DNA of 64,000 nt from the human T2T-CHM13v2.0 reference genome, Homo sapiens (GCF_009914755.1 NC_060926.1); one strand, 5' to 3'; numbered from the stretch's first letter, positions 1-16,522 are shown. Notes: a model not told the origin generated them from the letters alone. Translations and numbers: made by a program.

Positions 1-590
1 AAAAAATGGTAGATGTTTGCATGGATGTGGTGAACAGGGAATACTTCTACACTGCTTGTGGGAATGTAAACTAGTACAGCCACTATGGAAAACAGTGTGG
101 AGATTCCTTAAAGAACTAAAAGTAGAACTACCATTTGATCCAGCAATGCCACTACTGGGTATCTACCCAGAGGAAAAGAAGTCATTATTTGGAAAAGATA
201 CTTGCACACACTTGTTTATAGTGGCACAATTCACAATAGCAAAATTGTGGAACCAACCCAAATGCCCATCAATCAATGAGTGGATAAAGAAACTGTGAGA
301 TATGTGATATATATATATATATCATATATAGATATGATACAAATTATATATATCACATATATGATATGTATCACATATATGATATATATCATATATATAC
401 ATATATCAATGATACAATGGACTTTGGGGACTTGGAGGGAAGAGTGGGAGGAACCAATGGATAAAAGACAACAAGTATGGTGCAGTGTATACTGCTCGGG
501 TTATGGGTGCACCAAAATCTCAAAAACCACCACTAAAGAACTTACTCATGTAACCAAATACCACCTGTACCCCAGTAAGTTATGGAAATA
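1..590 (+). mobile_element. LINE-1 3' end (L1PB-like): ORF2 C-terminus and 3' UTR, interrupted by an AT-rich repeat
   Basis: ORF 17..298 translates to the L1 ORF2 C-terminus ([17 protein letters not shown]...WNQPKCPS). The 3' UTR 'tgcagtgtatactgctcgggttatgggtgcaccaaaatctc' is L1PB-type. Confidence 0.9.
297..408. repeat. AT-rich quasi-palindromic (TA)n-derived repeat
   Basis: Directly visible; perfect palindromes at 305-324 and 375-396. Confidence 0.9.
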
Positions 591-2180
591 ATTAATTAAA
601 TTTTTTCTCTACTTATAATTGTTGCCATTGTATTTAATCCCAACAAGACTTAAAATCTAAATCTATCCCACGAGACTTGTGTGTGTGGTGTGCGTGTTTG
701 CTTTTTCCCATCTAAAAGACAAATTATTCTTACAAATCCAAGTTAGAGTGTACAGATTTTACATATTTTGTATGACTTGATTTGATATTTGGCAACTGCC
801 CATTAGTAGCTATTCTGACTTATCCCAGTCCCATTTCATCCCAGATTTTTAAGAGTGATGTGAAAGAAAGGTTTCATGAGGTGCATTGAGATAATTGTTT
901 TCACTTTCTTAAAATTAAAAAAAAAATCAAGGCACACTTGAGATTTCACAGGACGATAGCATTGGTCATAACATGAGCTCATAGTTTCTCCTAAATGTAA
1001 GCAATACATATAATGACTGACTTGGATACCATTTTTTTTAAAGAAGAGATAACATTTGATTGAACTTTGGATCAGATTTCAAACCTATCTGACTTATCCC
1101 TCTGAAGAAAAAAATCTGACTCAAGGGGAAGAATTTTGTTTAATTATCAAGCACTTATGTCAAGGGAAAATTATTGTGAAAAATTCGAACCTTTTTCTAA
1201 AGTTCACCATGAGGCTATGGTTGTAACAGGAAGAAAACATTAGTGACTTGAAGCTCAATTTACTTAGTTTTCACTTCGCTGGGAATATGTGACGAAAGTT
1301 GAGACATGTGTTACCCTTTCAACAACAAAAAAGTTTGAGGTGCTGACTTTTTGCCCCCATTTGGGCACCCATAGATGGAAAAAAGGAAAAGAATTTTGAA
1401 TCAGAGCCACAACATGTAAGTGTGTTTTTCTTCTTCCCTTTTTGGTTAGTGGCCCTCAGGCATCAAAAGCATAAGGTATCTCCGTGTCTTCTTCTCACAG
1501 CATGAAAGTCAGTAAAGCTTTCAACAATCTCATGTCCATAATAGCTTTCTTTTCCTGTGAGTGTGTATGTATAAAATTCCGCACCACCCCCCTGAAGCCC
1601 CAAAGCAGCCATTAAAAGTAACCATCATCTATCCAGTTACAGAAGCAGAACAGAAAAGAGCTGAAGAGAACTGTGAGTTGTTGGTACGGAGCCAGGAATC
1701 CAAGTCTGATTTTCTGCTTCTATTTCTTGAATTAAAAAGAAAATACCCCAAAGTAATTGCAGTTTAAGAGGACTTCTCAAAGCACAACATATTTGTATGA
1801 GAAAAGGAAGAAATGTACGTAAAATGAACTAAGAACTGACTTGATTCCAACATTTTAAGACCTAACAAAGAAAATAACATTTAAAACTCCATGTTCAGGA
1901 TGAGTAAACCTTTCAAATTAAAGTTTCACAACATTGCTGATGTTTCTACACCTGCCTCAGAACTGGTTAAGCATGCTGATTTAAAGTAAACTCTTTAACT
2001 ACCTTCAAGTTGGCTCTTTTAGACCAAATGACTATCCAGTCATCTAAGTTACCAACCCTCAAGCATAAGATGGAATTTGAGGGCAACGGATGCTTGTTTT
2101 TTAATGCTAAATTTACAATCTCACAAAGCGTATCTTATGTGGGCTCCCCATCTATGAAGTCCATTTGTTCTAGACCATGA

Positions 2181-2688
<508 letters not shown>

Positions 2689-4014
2689 AAAACAAGGTAC
2701 TTTAAAACTGTGTGCATGTATAATAGGAAATGATCTTAAATTTACAGAATATTTTTACTTATTGAATCTGTTACTTGATAATAAAAGAGGAGCAGGAAAT
2801 TGATTTGTTGAACATGAATCCATGCCTATAAAAGAGAATTTATAAATTAATTTTTCATTAGGAATGATGGCAAAAATGTAAGCTTTTCTATTATATTTGT
2901 GCAACCATTTAAAATGCCATTACAATGAATTGCTTTAAATCCAACTGTTCTCTAAAAGGACCTCACTTAACATTTCTTTTAACAACTGTCAATAAATGAA
3001 GTAAAACCAGATCACCCTGTAGAAACAAATCTACTAAAACCCAGAAACATCTTATCAAAGTCTGAATTCATGTTTTCATCAAGTGCTAAAGATATCTCCA
3101 ATATACATAATTCTTCCCTCAAAGTTCTATGATAAATAAAAATGCTGCGAGCAGCTACATTCCACTTTTATTGGTTAACCAGACATATTTCAAGCACAAT
3201 GTCTTGAAGAGGCTAAAAGAAATTAGAACAAATCTTTAAACCAACATTTCTTGTATTCATATGCCAATTATAAAGTTAAGGAATCTTCTTAGATAGTTGA
3301 AGTGTAAATGGTGGGGTAAAAGTTCAGAAAAGGAACAAAGTCTGGGAAAAATTAAAAAGCCACCAAGAGAAGGATGAATAGGGGAAGACAAAATAGAGAA
3401 GTCTAAAAGGAAAGGATGTTCTGAAATATATTGCATTCACTTAGAACTGGGCCAAAAACCTATAAAAACAAAAGGAAACGAGAAGGTTTTCTTTTGCCAC
3501 TGTTCCCCATGGCAAGCATATTGATGGAAGTTGCTTCAACAAATTTCAAAAGCTATTATTTTCATTCAATTACCTTCTCATGTTTGGTAATGGTGTGATT
3601 TAGTCACATGAACAGTCACCGCTTCCTAATAACACTTTAAACGTAATTTTATCAGTTTAATCAATTGGGGAATAAACTGACCACTTTTTTAGTTTAAAAA
3701 AATATATAGAATGAAAATAAAGCACTATAATTTTTGTTTAAGTATTTTCTCCATAGAAAAATACACGGATTTTGGAAAATGTAAACTTATAAGTTACATT
3801 TTAAATTGTAAAATTAGGTATATGCACAACTTTATGCTTCTTAACTAGAACTAATTTTATTGGTTTTTCTCCTGAGTTGACACCAGTTCCTCTTCTTAGC
3901 GGTATATTAATGGTAAATCTTGACTACCCAAGGAAAGAGCAAAAGACCATGCCCCGAGTGCTGAATGCAACCTTGTGTTGGAGTTCACTTGTCCCAACTT
4001 GTGTACAGAGTCGA

Positions 4015-5794
<1,780 letters not shown>

Positions 5795-5795
5795 G

Positions 5796-5925
5796 CTCCC
5801 TCATGCCTCTTTTGTAAGGGCTCTGATCCAATTCATGAAGGCCAAATCACCTCCCCAAATCCCATGTCACATTGGGTATTAGGTTTCAACATATGATCCT
5901 GGGGGGAAGGCCAACATTCAGAAGA
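5796..5925 (-). mobile_element. MaLR LTR, second part
   Basis: 'ctctgatccaattcatgaagg...gggtattaggtttcaacatatga' continues the LTR interrupted at 4211. Confidence 0.75.
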
Positions 5926-6623
5926 AAGGACATTAGAGACCTTAGAGGTATGGCTCTGAATCATTGAGTCTGATTTTAAATAATAATTCAGATTTATACA
6001 TCCACATGTATGTTGCCTTCTTAAAAGGTGAGGTTATGCATCTCATTTCTTTCCAATCATTTTGCTATTGATCAAATATGCCAGTACCTTCTTAAGTAAT
6101 TGACTTATACCTGAGACAGAATTAATGCCAGAAACTGCAGTCTAAGTGATTATCATAATGGGTATTTTTTTTTTTCAGATACAGAAACTGAGACACCCAG
6201 AGGTTAAAACCTTTGATTTTTTCACTCTATAAGACTGAGTAAACACTGGAGACAACACTGAACTCTATGACAGAGAGAAAGAGCAAGAGAAAAGGTTATA
6301 AACGGCATCAGAAGATATTTCCAAATGAAGTTGTAAGTATTTTTTTGTAACCCATGATTCTACTCACTATACTTGAAATAACTACATTAAAGATCAATCC
6401 TGTTTTAACTTTGTGCAGTTTGTTTATCTTTAAAAAATCAGTATTGCTTCTTTATAGTCACACCTATTCAAGGATCAACGTGACAGGAATCATACATTTT
6501 TACTGTATCTGCAAATGAAAGGTAACAAATCCCCGTAATTTCAAAACAAAATAAAATCCTCAAAACCAAACAGCATTACTATTTTCTCCACACACAGTAA
6601 ACCATGTGTTTAAAATTTAGGTT

Positions 6624-6643
6624 CATATATATGTATGTGTGTG

Positions 6644-6680
<37 letters not shown>

Positions 6681-6695
6681 ATGTGTATACATATA
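6624..6695. repeat. (TG)n/(TA)n microsatellite
   Basis: Directly visible. Confidence 0.95.
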
Positions 6696-6720
6696 TTTTT
6701 TGATTATTATTTTTAATTTC

Positions 6721-6764
6721 TTTTTTTTTGAGATGGAGGTCACACTATATTGCCCAGGCTGGTT
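6721..6764 (-). mobile_element. Short Alu/FLAM fragment
   Basis: 'ttttgagatggaggtcacactatattgcccaggctggt' preceded by poly-T. Confidence 0.7.
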
Positions 6765-9700
6765 GCATAGGTCAGTATTTTTTATTCAAGAACAAAACAA
6801 GTCTAATTTTTAAATAGCATTATCAACTAATTTCTGTGGACAATTTCCAATAGTGTCTCTGATCACCATAAGCCTTAGACTATCATGAAAGCAATTCTGA
6901 GAGCATCATCTAAATTTCTGATTTAAAAAAAAATTTTAAATAGCAGTTTTCCACATCATCCCCTTCTCTCTTCTCCCTCTGTCTTATAAAACAATTGGTA
7001 TTGGGATTACATTGATGTATTTCAGAAAAAAACTCAGTTACAGGAATATATGTTTACATATTCTGACAAGATTGGTTTACCATCTTCAAATATTCTGAGT
7101 GGGCCCTCAATAAATATTTACTGGCCTGAAGGGAATTAAACTTCAACATGATATGTTTCAGCAAGTGAAAAAATCCTGTAAATTTCACAAGGCCACTGCA
7201 TATAATGAAGTACCTTATGTAGCCTTAAAGCAATCACTGTAACTATTGCAGAACCTTCATCTAGATATGAGGATAACAGTTAAGTTTGCTACTAATTTTC
7301 CAAGTTCAAATCCAAGAGGGTGTCATTCTCAGCACACCATGTAATTCAGAGACAACCTGAACATCAGCAAACCCAGAACAACCCAGATGCTATCAAGAAT
7401 CTAAGAGTCATAGATTCCTAAGACTTTATGATCAACAAAGGTCATGGAATGTTTTTATTTAACTATATAAAATGTTCAGAATACCTCATTTTGGAAATTT
7501 CCTGGGCTTCATATTCGGTCCAAAGACAGCTGGGAAAAAACTTTTCATTAAAAATCCTTTTCACTGTTGGAAATGTGAAATGTATTATATAGGATGCAAA
7601 GTGATATTTACCTATGTACATGAAGTCATAAAATCATTGAGATTATTCCTGTTACCAGTAAGTTATTTTCCATTATAACAGAAAGGGCCTCTTTTTCTCC
7701 AATTCTCCAAATAACCAAAAGTTTGATCTCCGTAAGACAGAAAAATAAAACAAATGACAGACATTAGGGAGGTGCCTTAGATTCTTTGACTTCAATTTAA
7801 GGAAAAGAGGCATTTACAGCCATTGACAAAAATAGCCTAGAGCCCATGTAGTTGTGATTTTGTGGGTGACAATGTCTCTCATTCATCTAACAGCTGAAGG
7901 TTAGTCTCTGAAAATCAGCCACTATTTACCTTAGTCTCAGCCTGACAGAAGCATCCACTGCTTAGAAGGATCCAAGTGTGCAGGGCCAATATTTACTTCT
8001 GATGTGCTGAGAGGTGAGAAATTATAAAAACTGCCCAAATAAAAGCAATTTAAATTTTCCAGACATTTATACTCAGTGTTAAACTCTTTATATATGACTA
8101 TCTTCAGCTACCTGAAATTTTATCCTATTAATAAAGGTTAAGCACCTTGACATTTATTTTTGCCTGCTTAAGTTTAAATTTACTCAATGAAATAACATAC
8201 AGATCCACTATAATAAGTATAATAATTATTTCGTATAACCTCCTTCTCAGTTAGAAGTTAAATTTTATTTTGAAGTAAACTAAATTAGGATAATTAAGAT
8301 ATAATATGGTGAAAACTTGACTAAATACATACAAAGAAAAAATAATGTGGTATTTTAATTAAAACATAATATCTACATGAAATATATAATTCTTTTCAAA
8401 ACTATTTCTTCTTTCTACTTAAGTACCTCATATCTACAAATGCTTATGAAGATGTCAGATTAACTATAAATCTATAGACTAAAATAAAATTGTGCCACTG
8501 GAAAGTAAAGAAGGAAGAAGTTGTAGTGCCTGGTTTCTATTCAGCAATTTTCCTTGAATAGTGCCTCCACATCTCCACATGATGATCATGATCATTCATT
8601 TATTTCCCAGCATGCAGTCTGGTTTCAGATTCTCAGTTTTGCTCTATATATTTATAAAAGTTTTCAAAAAAGGGAAAAGAAGGTCATGGACTTTTACTGA
8701 AGAGATTAAACGTCCCTTCAGCTGGTATATACATAGAAATCCACTTTGATTTAGAGAAAGATCCATTTATGACATATGTTGTCAAGTGTTTTTAAAAATA
8801 AGTTTGAGGGTGGAGTAAAGATTAGAAAGACCTCATATTTTACACTAAATGAATGACATGTTTTGTAGTGACAGGCCACTATTAACTTCCTTGCTGCTGT
8901 ATTGAGAAGGAAACAGCTGGAAATTTAGAAGAATGTTTAAGAAACATTCATAGCCAATACAAACGCAATGAAGTAGGCTGAACATTGAGTGTAGAGGGAA
9001 TCTCACACCTACAAATATCATTGAAACTCCCATTAATCACTGCATCAAAGTAACTAAAGCATTTATACAGAGTTTATTGAAAATAAATCACTTTATCATA
9101 TGCTCAAATGTGGGGATGATTTTCTCATAGAGATTTCTTCTTGGGCTTCTGTAGTTTTTTTATAGAGTATCTCCTGCCCTCTTTAGTCCAGATTTTATAA
9201 CTACATTTAGGAAAAAGATTTAATTCAACGGCATAATTCTGACTTAGCTTCTTTTCTTGCTTGATGAAAATAGGTCATGATTAGCCATTTCTGACAGAAA
9301 CAGTTGACAGGAAATAGGACAGGAAATGATATAATGATTCCAAAATTGTATATTTCCCCAATGCCCTGCGGTTTGGGGAATGACCTTACAGTTAACCAGG
9401 AAATTGGGAGGAGGTATTGAATCACAAATACTTACAAAACTGAATTCACTTTTTCATCCCTAGGTCCTCTTCATGTAAAGAAATACATTCAAACTCTGGA
9501 ACTGAACGAGATAAAAATAAATTTAGCTGAGTAAATATTTATTCTTCTTATAATTTATATATATTTCTAGATTTTTGAGCAGACTATTTAAAGCATACAT
9601 TAATATCCAGTTAGCTAACACAAACATAGCATATAAACCACCTAAATATTAAAATAAAAAACTTCTAATGCTTTAATATTTATGGAGTTTAACTATTTTC

Positions 9701-11799
9701 TCATGGAAATAAAACTTTGACGCTATTTATTATTAAAAGCCTAGTCTTTTTATTCACAGTTAAATCACTATGTTTTAAAACTGCTTTTTAACATGTGTTT
9801 TTATATGCCATATAATGATAAATTACATTAATATCTGGTCCATTGTTCATTTTTTTTTCTAAAATAGACAATATCTCCTGGGTGAAAAATACTCAATTAA
9901 AAACAACATGCCTAAAACTCACACAAACACATAAGCACAAGAATATATAAGCATAAAATGCAAACTACTTCATTTAAAATTTTACTCAAATACAATGTTA
10001 ATAATTCCATTTATACTTTTTCTTTTGTTTAAAGTTACTTTATATCTTTAAAAATAGATCTCCAATTCAGGACCTTCCTAAGACAATTTATAGCTCTACA
10101 AACAGAAAGTGCAAAATCCATCACAGGAAGTCCGATTTTCACAGTGTGAAATAAACCTTTTTGTGTTACTCCAGCATGTTCTTAAGCCTTTTAATATTTT
10201 AAAATACTTAACCATTTTGTTTATATTCCCTTAGTCATTAACTTCAACCCGTTTTAAATTTATGTCACTGGAGGATCAAGAGTAACAAAGCTGTACAAAT
10301 TTAACAATTAGCCTTACTATGTAATTGCTTAGAATAAACATCCTGATTAGTTAAATCACTATTAAATTTTAATCAATGTGAGTGGGTGTTTCTATTTTTG
10401 ATTGGGGAATCCACATAGATTGTCTGAGAGACTCCTTTTTGTACATGAAGTTGATATGTTTCCTCTCTTCATATTATGCCTAATGGATTCCATCTCAATC
10501 TCATATAATGCACGATTAGTGAATAGTCAAAGACATTTTTCTTTAATATGATCTTTCTTTTCATGACATTAATGACATATTTTTCTCTGCTGAATTTATT
10601 TCTCTTACTGTTTAAATAAATAAAGATGTTTATAGATATTAAAATGTGACAGTTTGTTAGAACAGTATTTTAACAAACGGAATTTGGTTTCATGCAAATA
10701 TTTGGGGTTATTTTAAGGGGAAAAGTGTTATTATTTATTTTAAAAGAGTAATGCTAATTATTTGGAAGATAAAATTAAGTGAAAAGAAAATACGCTGTGA
10801 TTTTACCTACAGAATCTAAGATGATAATATCTAACAGTCCCAAAAATTCAAAAAGCAAGTGATTCTTTCAGTAAGATTCATTTAATTAAATGTGCTTATG
10901 AGTTTACTTTTTTTCTTGGTTTAACAATTCTTCTTTCAGAAACAATCAATCAATATAAAATAACATTGTGTTTTATATTCTGCAGAAGTCATTTCAGTGT
11001 ATTACTTTAATGAATGCTTTTGAAGTCCTTCAGGTGTTTTCAGATGAATAACCCATTTCCTATACATTCTCTTATGCCATCATTGTGAGAGCATTATTCC
11101 TGAAGTCAAATGTTCAGAACTACTGGACCTTTTTTAGCAATCTCTGCTAATTCAATATAGTCTACCAGGGGACAGGTAGAATGGCTTTTGGAGTAGCAGG
11201 CTCTACTACAAATACAATCAATTCTGGGAAACAACAGGTTTCATTTTTTTCAGAAATGTATTTGGTTAAAAGGCTAAAATAAAATAATACATACACAAAC
11301 ATTGCATTTATGAAAATGAATAAAATATTTTCTCTCAATCACAGAAATCATATTTTCTAAATGCAGTCTTTGCATTTTCTTTGCCTTTTATAACCCAGCC
11401 AGTTCTGAGTATGGCGTTACTTTGAAACTTATCAAAATAATGCACTGTTGCAAAGGCATTCTGCTCCTTTGTTGCTCAATGTACAGTTTGTGTTCAATAA
11501 TTTCCATTTAGCCTCTTTTCCTAAATTAAATAATTATTCCTCTCTTTGAGAAATTACAACTTTAATATGTGACTGTGTAAATCTTCAGATAACTAAATGT
11601 AGTTCCACTGTTATTTACCATTTCCAGAAACATTTTCATGGTAACAATACAGACCTCATTTTTTTAAAAAAAGGATGACAAAGTTGTAAAACTGTATTAT
11701 TTACTAAAGCTAAGGACAAATTTAAATGTGCCTTCTGCTTTTCATTTGGATCGTTAAATGGTTAATCCTAACAAGCATGGGGGGAAGGAAAAGAAATTA

Positions 11800-12300
11800 A
11801 CTAAAGTAAGGCCCTTGTGAAACAATGACACTTGCTCTATGCTCTTACAGAGAAAAAACATGATGATAAAACAGCACAAAGTGGAGTGTTATGAATTTTA
11901 TTAATGACTAGAAGACAGTGTGCAAAACATCAAAGGTCTGTGGAAAAGATTAATGACCCCGTGTGAGACTGTTTAATTACCTCCAGCTAATTAGATTCTT
12001 GACCAAATTTTTAATATCTGCATTCCTTCTACAGCCTAATTGAGATTCCACATTATTTATCAATCTTTCAAAAAGCCCTTAGTGGGCTGCTTTTTTAGTT
12101 TCTCCCTTTGCACTTTGACTCCATTTATGGTCAATTATTAAATAAATAGCAAAGTAACTATTCCCCACAAATTGTATATGCGGAACACTTTATGCCTGTT
12201 TATTTTGACTAGAAGACTATCATTGGCATCTTTTATACATAATGAAGCACTCCAACTAATAAACTGATAACTCCACTGTAAACAATGTGGATAATATTTT
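11800..12300. promoter_or_regulatory. Candidate enhancer (motif cluster in unique sequence)
   Basis: TCF/LEF ACATCAAAGG 11927-11936; SOX AACAATG 11821; homeodomain TAATTA/CTAATTAG 11974-11994; TTTATGG 12124; FOX/SOX GTAAACAATG 12278-12287. Motif evidence only. Confidence 0.3.
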
Positions 12301-12451
12301 TGTTATCTCGGCTGTGCTCAGGAACTACTCATGCGGTTTCCGTAAATTAGGCTTTGCAATAGTCAGTTAATCCTTATTTCAGTTTACCTTGGTTGGGGAC
12401 CAGAGACTCATGGAATGCTGTCATACAAACTAAAGAGAACAACTCAATCAA

Positions 12452-12527
12452 TTCTTTCTTTCTCCTTTTCTTCTCTTTTCTTTCTTTCTTTTCTTTCTTT
12501 CTTCTTCGTTCTTTCATTTTTTTTTTA
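12452..12527. repeat. CT-rich (CTTT)n-like low-complexity tract
   Basis: Directly visible. Confidence 0.85.
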
Positions 12528-14424
12528 GAATTAGATTGTCTTTTAGTGTCCAGAAAGTGCTAATTGCATCATAATTTGCATTAACAAATATCAAGCTATC
12601 AAACAGCTCCTTCTGAAATGCTGGAAACCCAAATCCAGTGATAGATATATATACAGTGTGATATATATATACACTATATTTGGTATTTATATATATTTAT
12701 ATCACAGACATTTCTGAAGGAGAAATATTTGAGATAGTACCTCAATGAAAAAAAAGAACATTGTTGTGGAAAACTCACTAATCACCTAGAAAACAGTAGT
12801 GACATGGATTGTCTTTGATGTACATGGAACAAAACAGGAAGTCCAAACTCAGCAGCAGCCAGCTGAGTTATATTTGTCTCGGCATCTTTGTTTTCTGGAC
12901 GATGCATAAAGTCGTCTCTTTAAATTTAGGTATTTTATAAGATAAATGCACTAGCATGACAGAACAAATATTACTCTATAATCTGTATACTTACAGAATC
13001 AATGAAAGAAAAGAAAAACTGTAACAATACAAGCACATTGATCATGTTAACACATGACAGCCTGTGAATCTAACAATGTAATTCTATTGAAGGATTACAG
13101 ATATATTTCACCTTTGATTATAAAACCTGGAAAATATATATTGGGCTTTATAATACTCTTAATAATGATTGTCTTCTATGTGTTTCTCAGTATGTTTTAT
13201 ATTCAAGAGGAAAGAAAAAAATAGAAAGAAAAAAATCACCAATTCAGCCAACATTTATAAATAGGATGGAGTTATTTTCACTCGTTATTTCATAAAAGTT
13301 GTAACTCCTCCACCATAACATATTTAAGCATGGCCAGAAGAATCAGTCAACATTTCTGATCTTATACTTAGTGTCTGATACAGTCCATTGTGCCTCAATG
13401 TTTTGTTTATTTATACTGTTGATCATCTTTAGAATAAATAATAATAATGACAAGATAATTTCTAAGATCACTCCTAAAGTTCTATGATTTCAAAAGATTC
13501 TTACACCTGTACATCTCAGATACTTCCTTCAAAATAGCAAGTTTCATACCAACAAAGTCTAGAAACTCATAGTAAGCCTTCACCTTAGGTCTGCCTTATA
13601 CTCATATAAAAATTCATTTTTAGGTAACATTAATATTAATAATAAAATGTAGAGCACCAGCCCTCCGTGAAATCTCATGGAAGTGAAAATAAAATCAGGG
13701 AAATTGTCATGCTTTTTAGGAGTGACAAAATCCCACAGCAGTGATATGATTTGAGAAAGTCCAAAGAGGATAGAGTGCATGACCAAAGTAGCATGGGGCA
13801 GAGTTAATCTCCCCACTGCAGCTGAGAGAGATATAAGATCTAAACCAGATCCAAACCAAGAGCGATCAGACAATTACATCGCTCGAATCTCTGAACCCCA
13901 GCAGATCTTCACTTCTGAGGCATAGATACTTATATTTTTACATAGGATCTTATTTTTCTGGCAAAAGACAAACAAGAAAGGAGGAGAGGGCTTTTTTTAT
14001 CTAATAATGTAAAAAATGGCTGTGGGAGGGGCAGAACTTTAGTCATATCAGTCATTTACACTTTCATGAAAATGAAATTTCAAGATTCTTTCTTCAGAGC
14101 AAGTTTGGATGGGAGGGAGACAGCATGAGGAAACTGGACACAAAATTCAAAACATGAGAAGCAGAACAATAGGACACAGTATAGGAAGTACAAAAGTAAA
14201 CCTTGATTTCTTCTTTATAACTTTGACTAAGGCTGACCCAATGACTACCTCACGGCAGGATTCAGTTATTGCAAAGGAAAGTGGTATAATTGCACAATGC
14301 CTCACGCAAATCCCTTGGTTTTTAACATACTGATGAGATGATCTGGTCAGGAACTTCCAGAAGGTATTAGGCCAATAGAGAAACCTCAGAACAGCTCCAC
14401 ACTCTAGATCTGGCCTTAGCTAAT

Positions 14425-14565
14425 AGCATTCATTTATTCTTTCAGTCCACACACTCATTTACTTGTTGTTTTAAGCAAGCATGTTGTGAGTGCCAACTAT
14501 ATGTGTGATGGCATATAATGATGAATCATCCATGGCTCCCATCTTCCAGGAGTTTGCCATGTAGC
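14425..14565 (-). mobile_element. L2 3' end fragment
   Basis: 'cattcatttattc...gagtgccaactatatg' resembles the L2 3' terminus. Confidence 0.55.
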
Positions 14566-16319
14566 ATGTCCTCATGTAGTATCTACAAAACTGAACAGAT
14601 TTTCTGGGTTCAGTCTACTATAAAATCTACATCCAAAAGAAATGCAGAGGAATACTTAGTGAAAGTGAGAACTTACTTTCTTTTCCCAAAAATCCATGCA
14701 CTACCAGGAATTCTTATGTATATGTTTGGCCTTAGATTCATATTTTGTTTATCACAGATTTTTTATCTTTAATATCATGACAATTTAAAGATCACAGAAT
14801 TTTTCTGCCATCAGCAATATTCAGATAATTTTGACATGACAATGAGGATAAAGATTCCCCCTTCCTCAATTCTACATCTACCTGAAGTAACCCAGTGGAG
14901 TACCTCACTAAATCAGAGACATTATCTGAGCCAACTTCCAGATCATTAGAGAATCCATTTCACAGCATCCTTCATAGGTTTTCCTTTCAGAGCATTACCT
15001 CCCAAGAGCCACCTCTGGTTATATTTTGACATAGTGTTAGTTGTAATGCTGCCATTCACATTTTTCACACTGCAGCAATTATTTTAACAAACATTCTAAA
15101 TTTCTTCATATAATCGTTATAATTTTAACTTCATATAATTAAATTCTCAGTAACTGAAGTACTAATCTGGGAATAATATCTCTCCATTCATTTTTCTAGC
15201 TGCCATGCTTTTTCTCCATACTAAATCACTCAATAATATGAGAATGCTAGTAAGAATATTTTTTCTATCATTTAGCACAAAATATAAAAACTGAGCTTAT
15301 CAGTGGGACCATCGAAGTAGGAAATTTCAGGGTAACAAGTACTCTCTTTAGCTGTAGGTATAAACATGGATTGCGTTGTGTAATTATTCAACAGAAAACA
15401 TGAACCTGAAAATTTGTATTTTTTTTTGGTTAAATATTTCCCATTAATAAGATTCAACATGAAGAAGAACAACAACACAGAAAAAGGCACAGATATTTAT
15501 TCCTTACTTACAGGACAAAGCCTTGATTAAATTGACATCAAAATTATGGAAATGTTTATTTCTAAATAGTACAATGGTCTGTTATAAAGTTTTTTTAAAG
15601 ATTATAGAATACTATATAATGAGAAATTATGCTTATCATGATAAAAACATACACAAAATAACTAACCATAATTCTATATATCAAAAATATACATAAAATA
15701 TGCTCACCTAGAAGTCTATATTTTTATTTGTCTTTGAGGAAAAAAAATATTTCAAAAGAGTATGCATAAAATAAACCCACTTCTTTAAAAATACTTAAAT
15801 ATGACTTGCTATTACATTTTAAATCTCATTATATGTTTTTAATTCATAAGAAAAACTTGCAAACTATACAAGCTATTGAAATTTATTAATTATATGAATC
15901 AAATGTTCAGAAATATTTACATTTTAGCATAAGTTACTGTAATATTTGAATTGTTTGCTAAGTATCTATTTTGTAATAAAAATACATATTTATGGGTAGA
16001 AAAATTAAAACTCATAGCCATAAACCTGAAAACATAGAACAATAAAATGTTACAGAAGATGTCTATGTGTATCTTATTGTTTTTCACTATTTTTCAAACT
16101 AACATAACCATATTATTTCATAATTGCAAAAATACAAATTTTAATTAAAATGAAATTTTTTATAAACAAGCCAAATGGATTTATGAATTCAAATCTAACT
16201 TCAGATGAAATGCAAAAGTAAAAAAATTAAATAATAAACCACATATTCATTAATACCTTAAATGTAATGCTAAGATAAAATGAAGATTTTATTTGTGATA
16301 TTGTTATATATTACTTTTA

Positions 16320-16488
16320 TTTATTTATTTATTTTTGTAACAGAGTCTGGCTCTATCACCCAGATCACAGTGACTGACAGTGGCGTGATCTCAGCTCACT
16401 GCAGCCTCCACCTCCCAGTTCAAGCAATTCTGCCTCAGCCTCCCAAGTAGCTGGGACTAAACATGCCCACCACTATGCCTGGCTAATT

Positions 16489-16522
<34 letters not shown>

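Noticed and set aside
814-1100. 13-bp direct repeat tctgacttatccc at 814 and 1088
   Set aside because: No element structure between the copies; compatible with chance.
1749-1766. Similarity to the MADE1/Hsmar1 terminal repeat (aaagtaattgcagttt)
   Set aside because: Too short, and there is no partner inverted repeat.
12452-12530. Long pyrimidine tract ending in TAG as a 3' splice site
   Set aside because: No convincing downstream donor; explained as a simple repeat.
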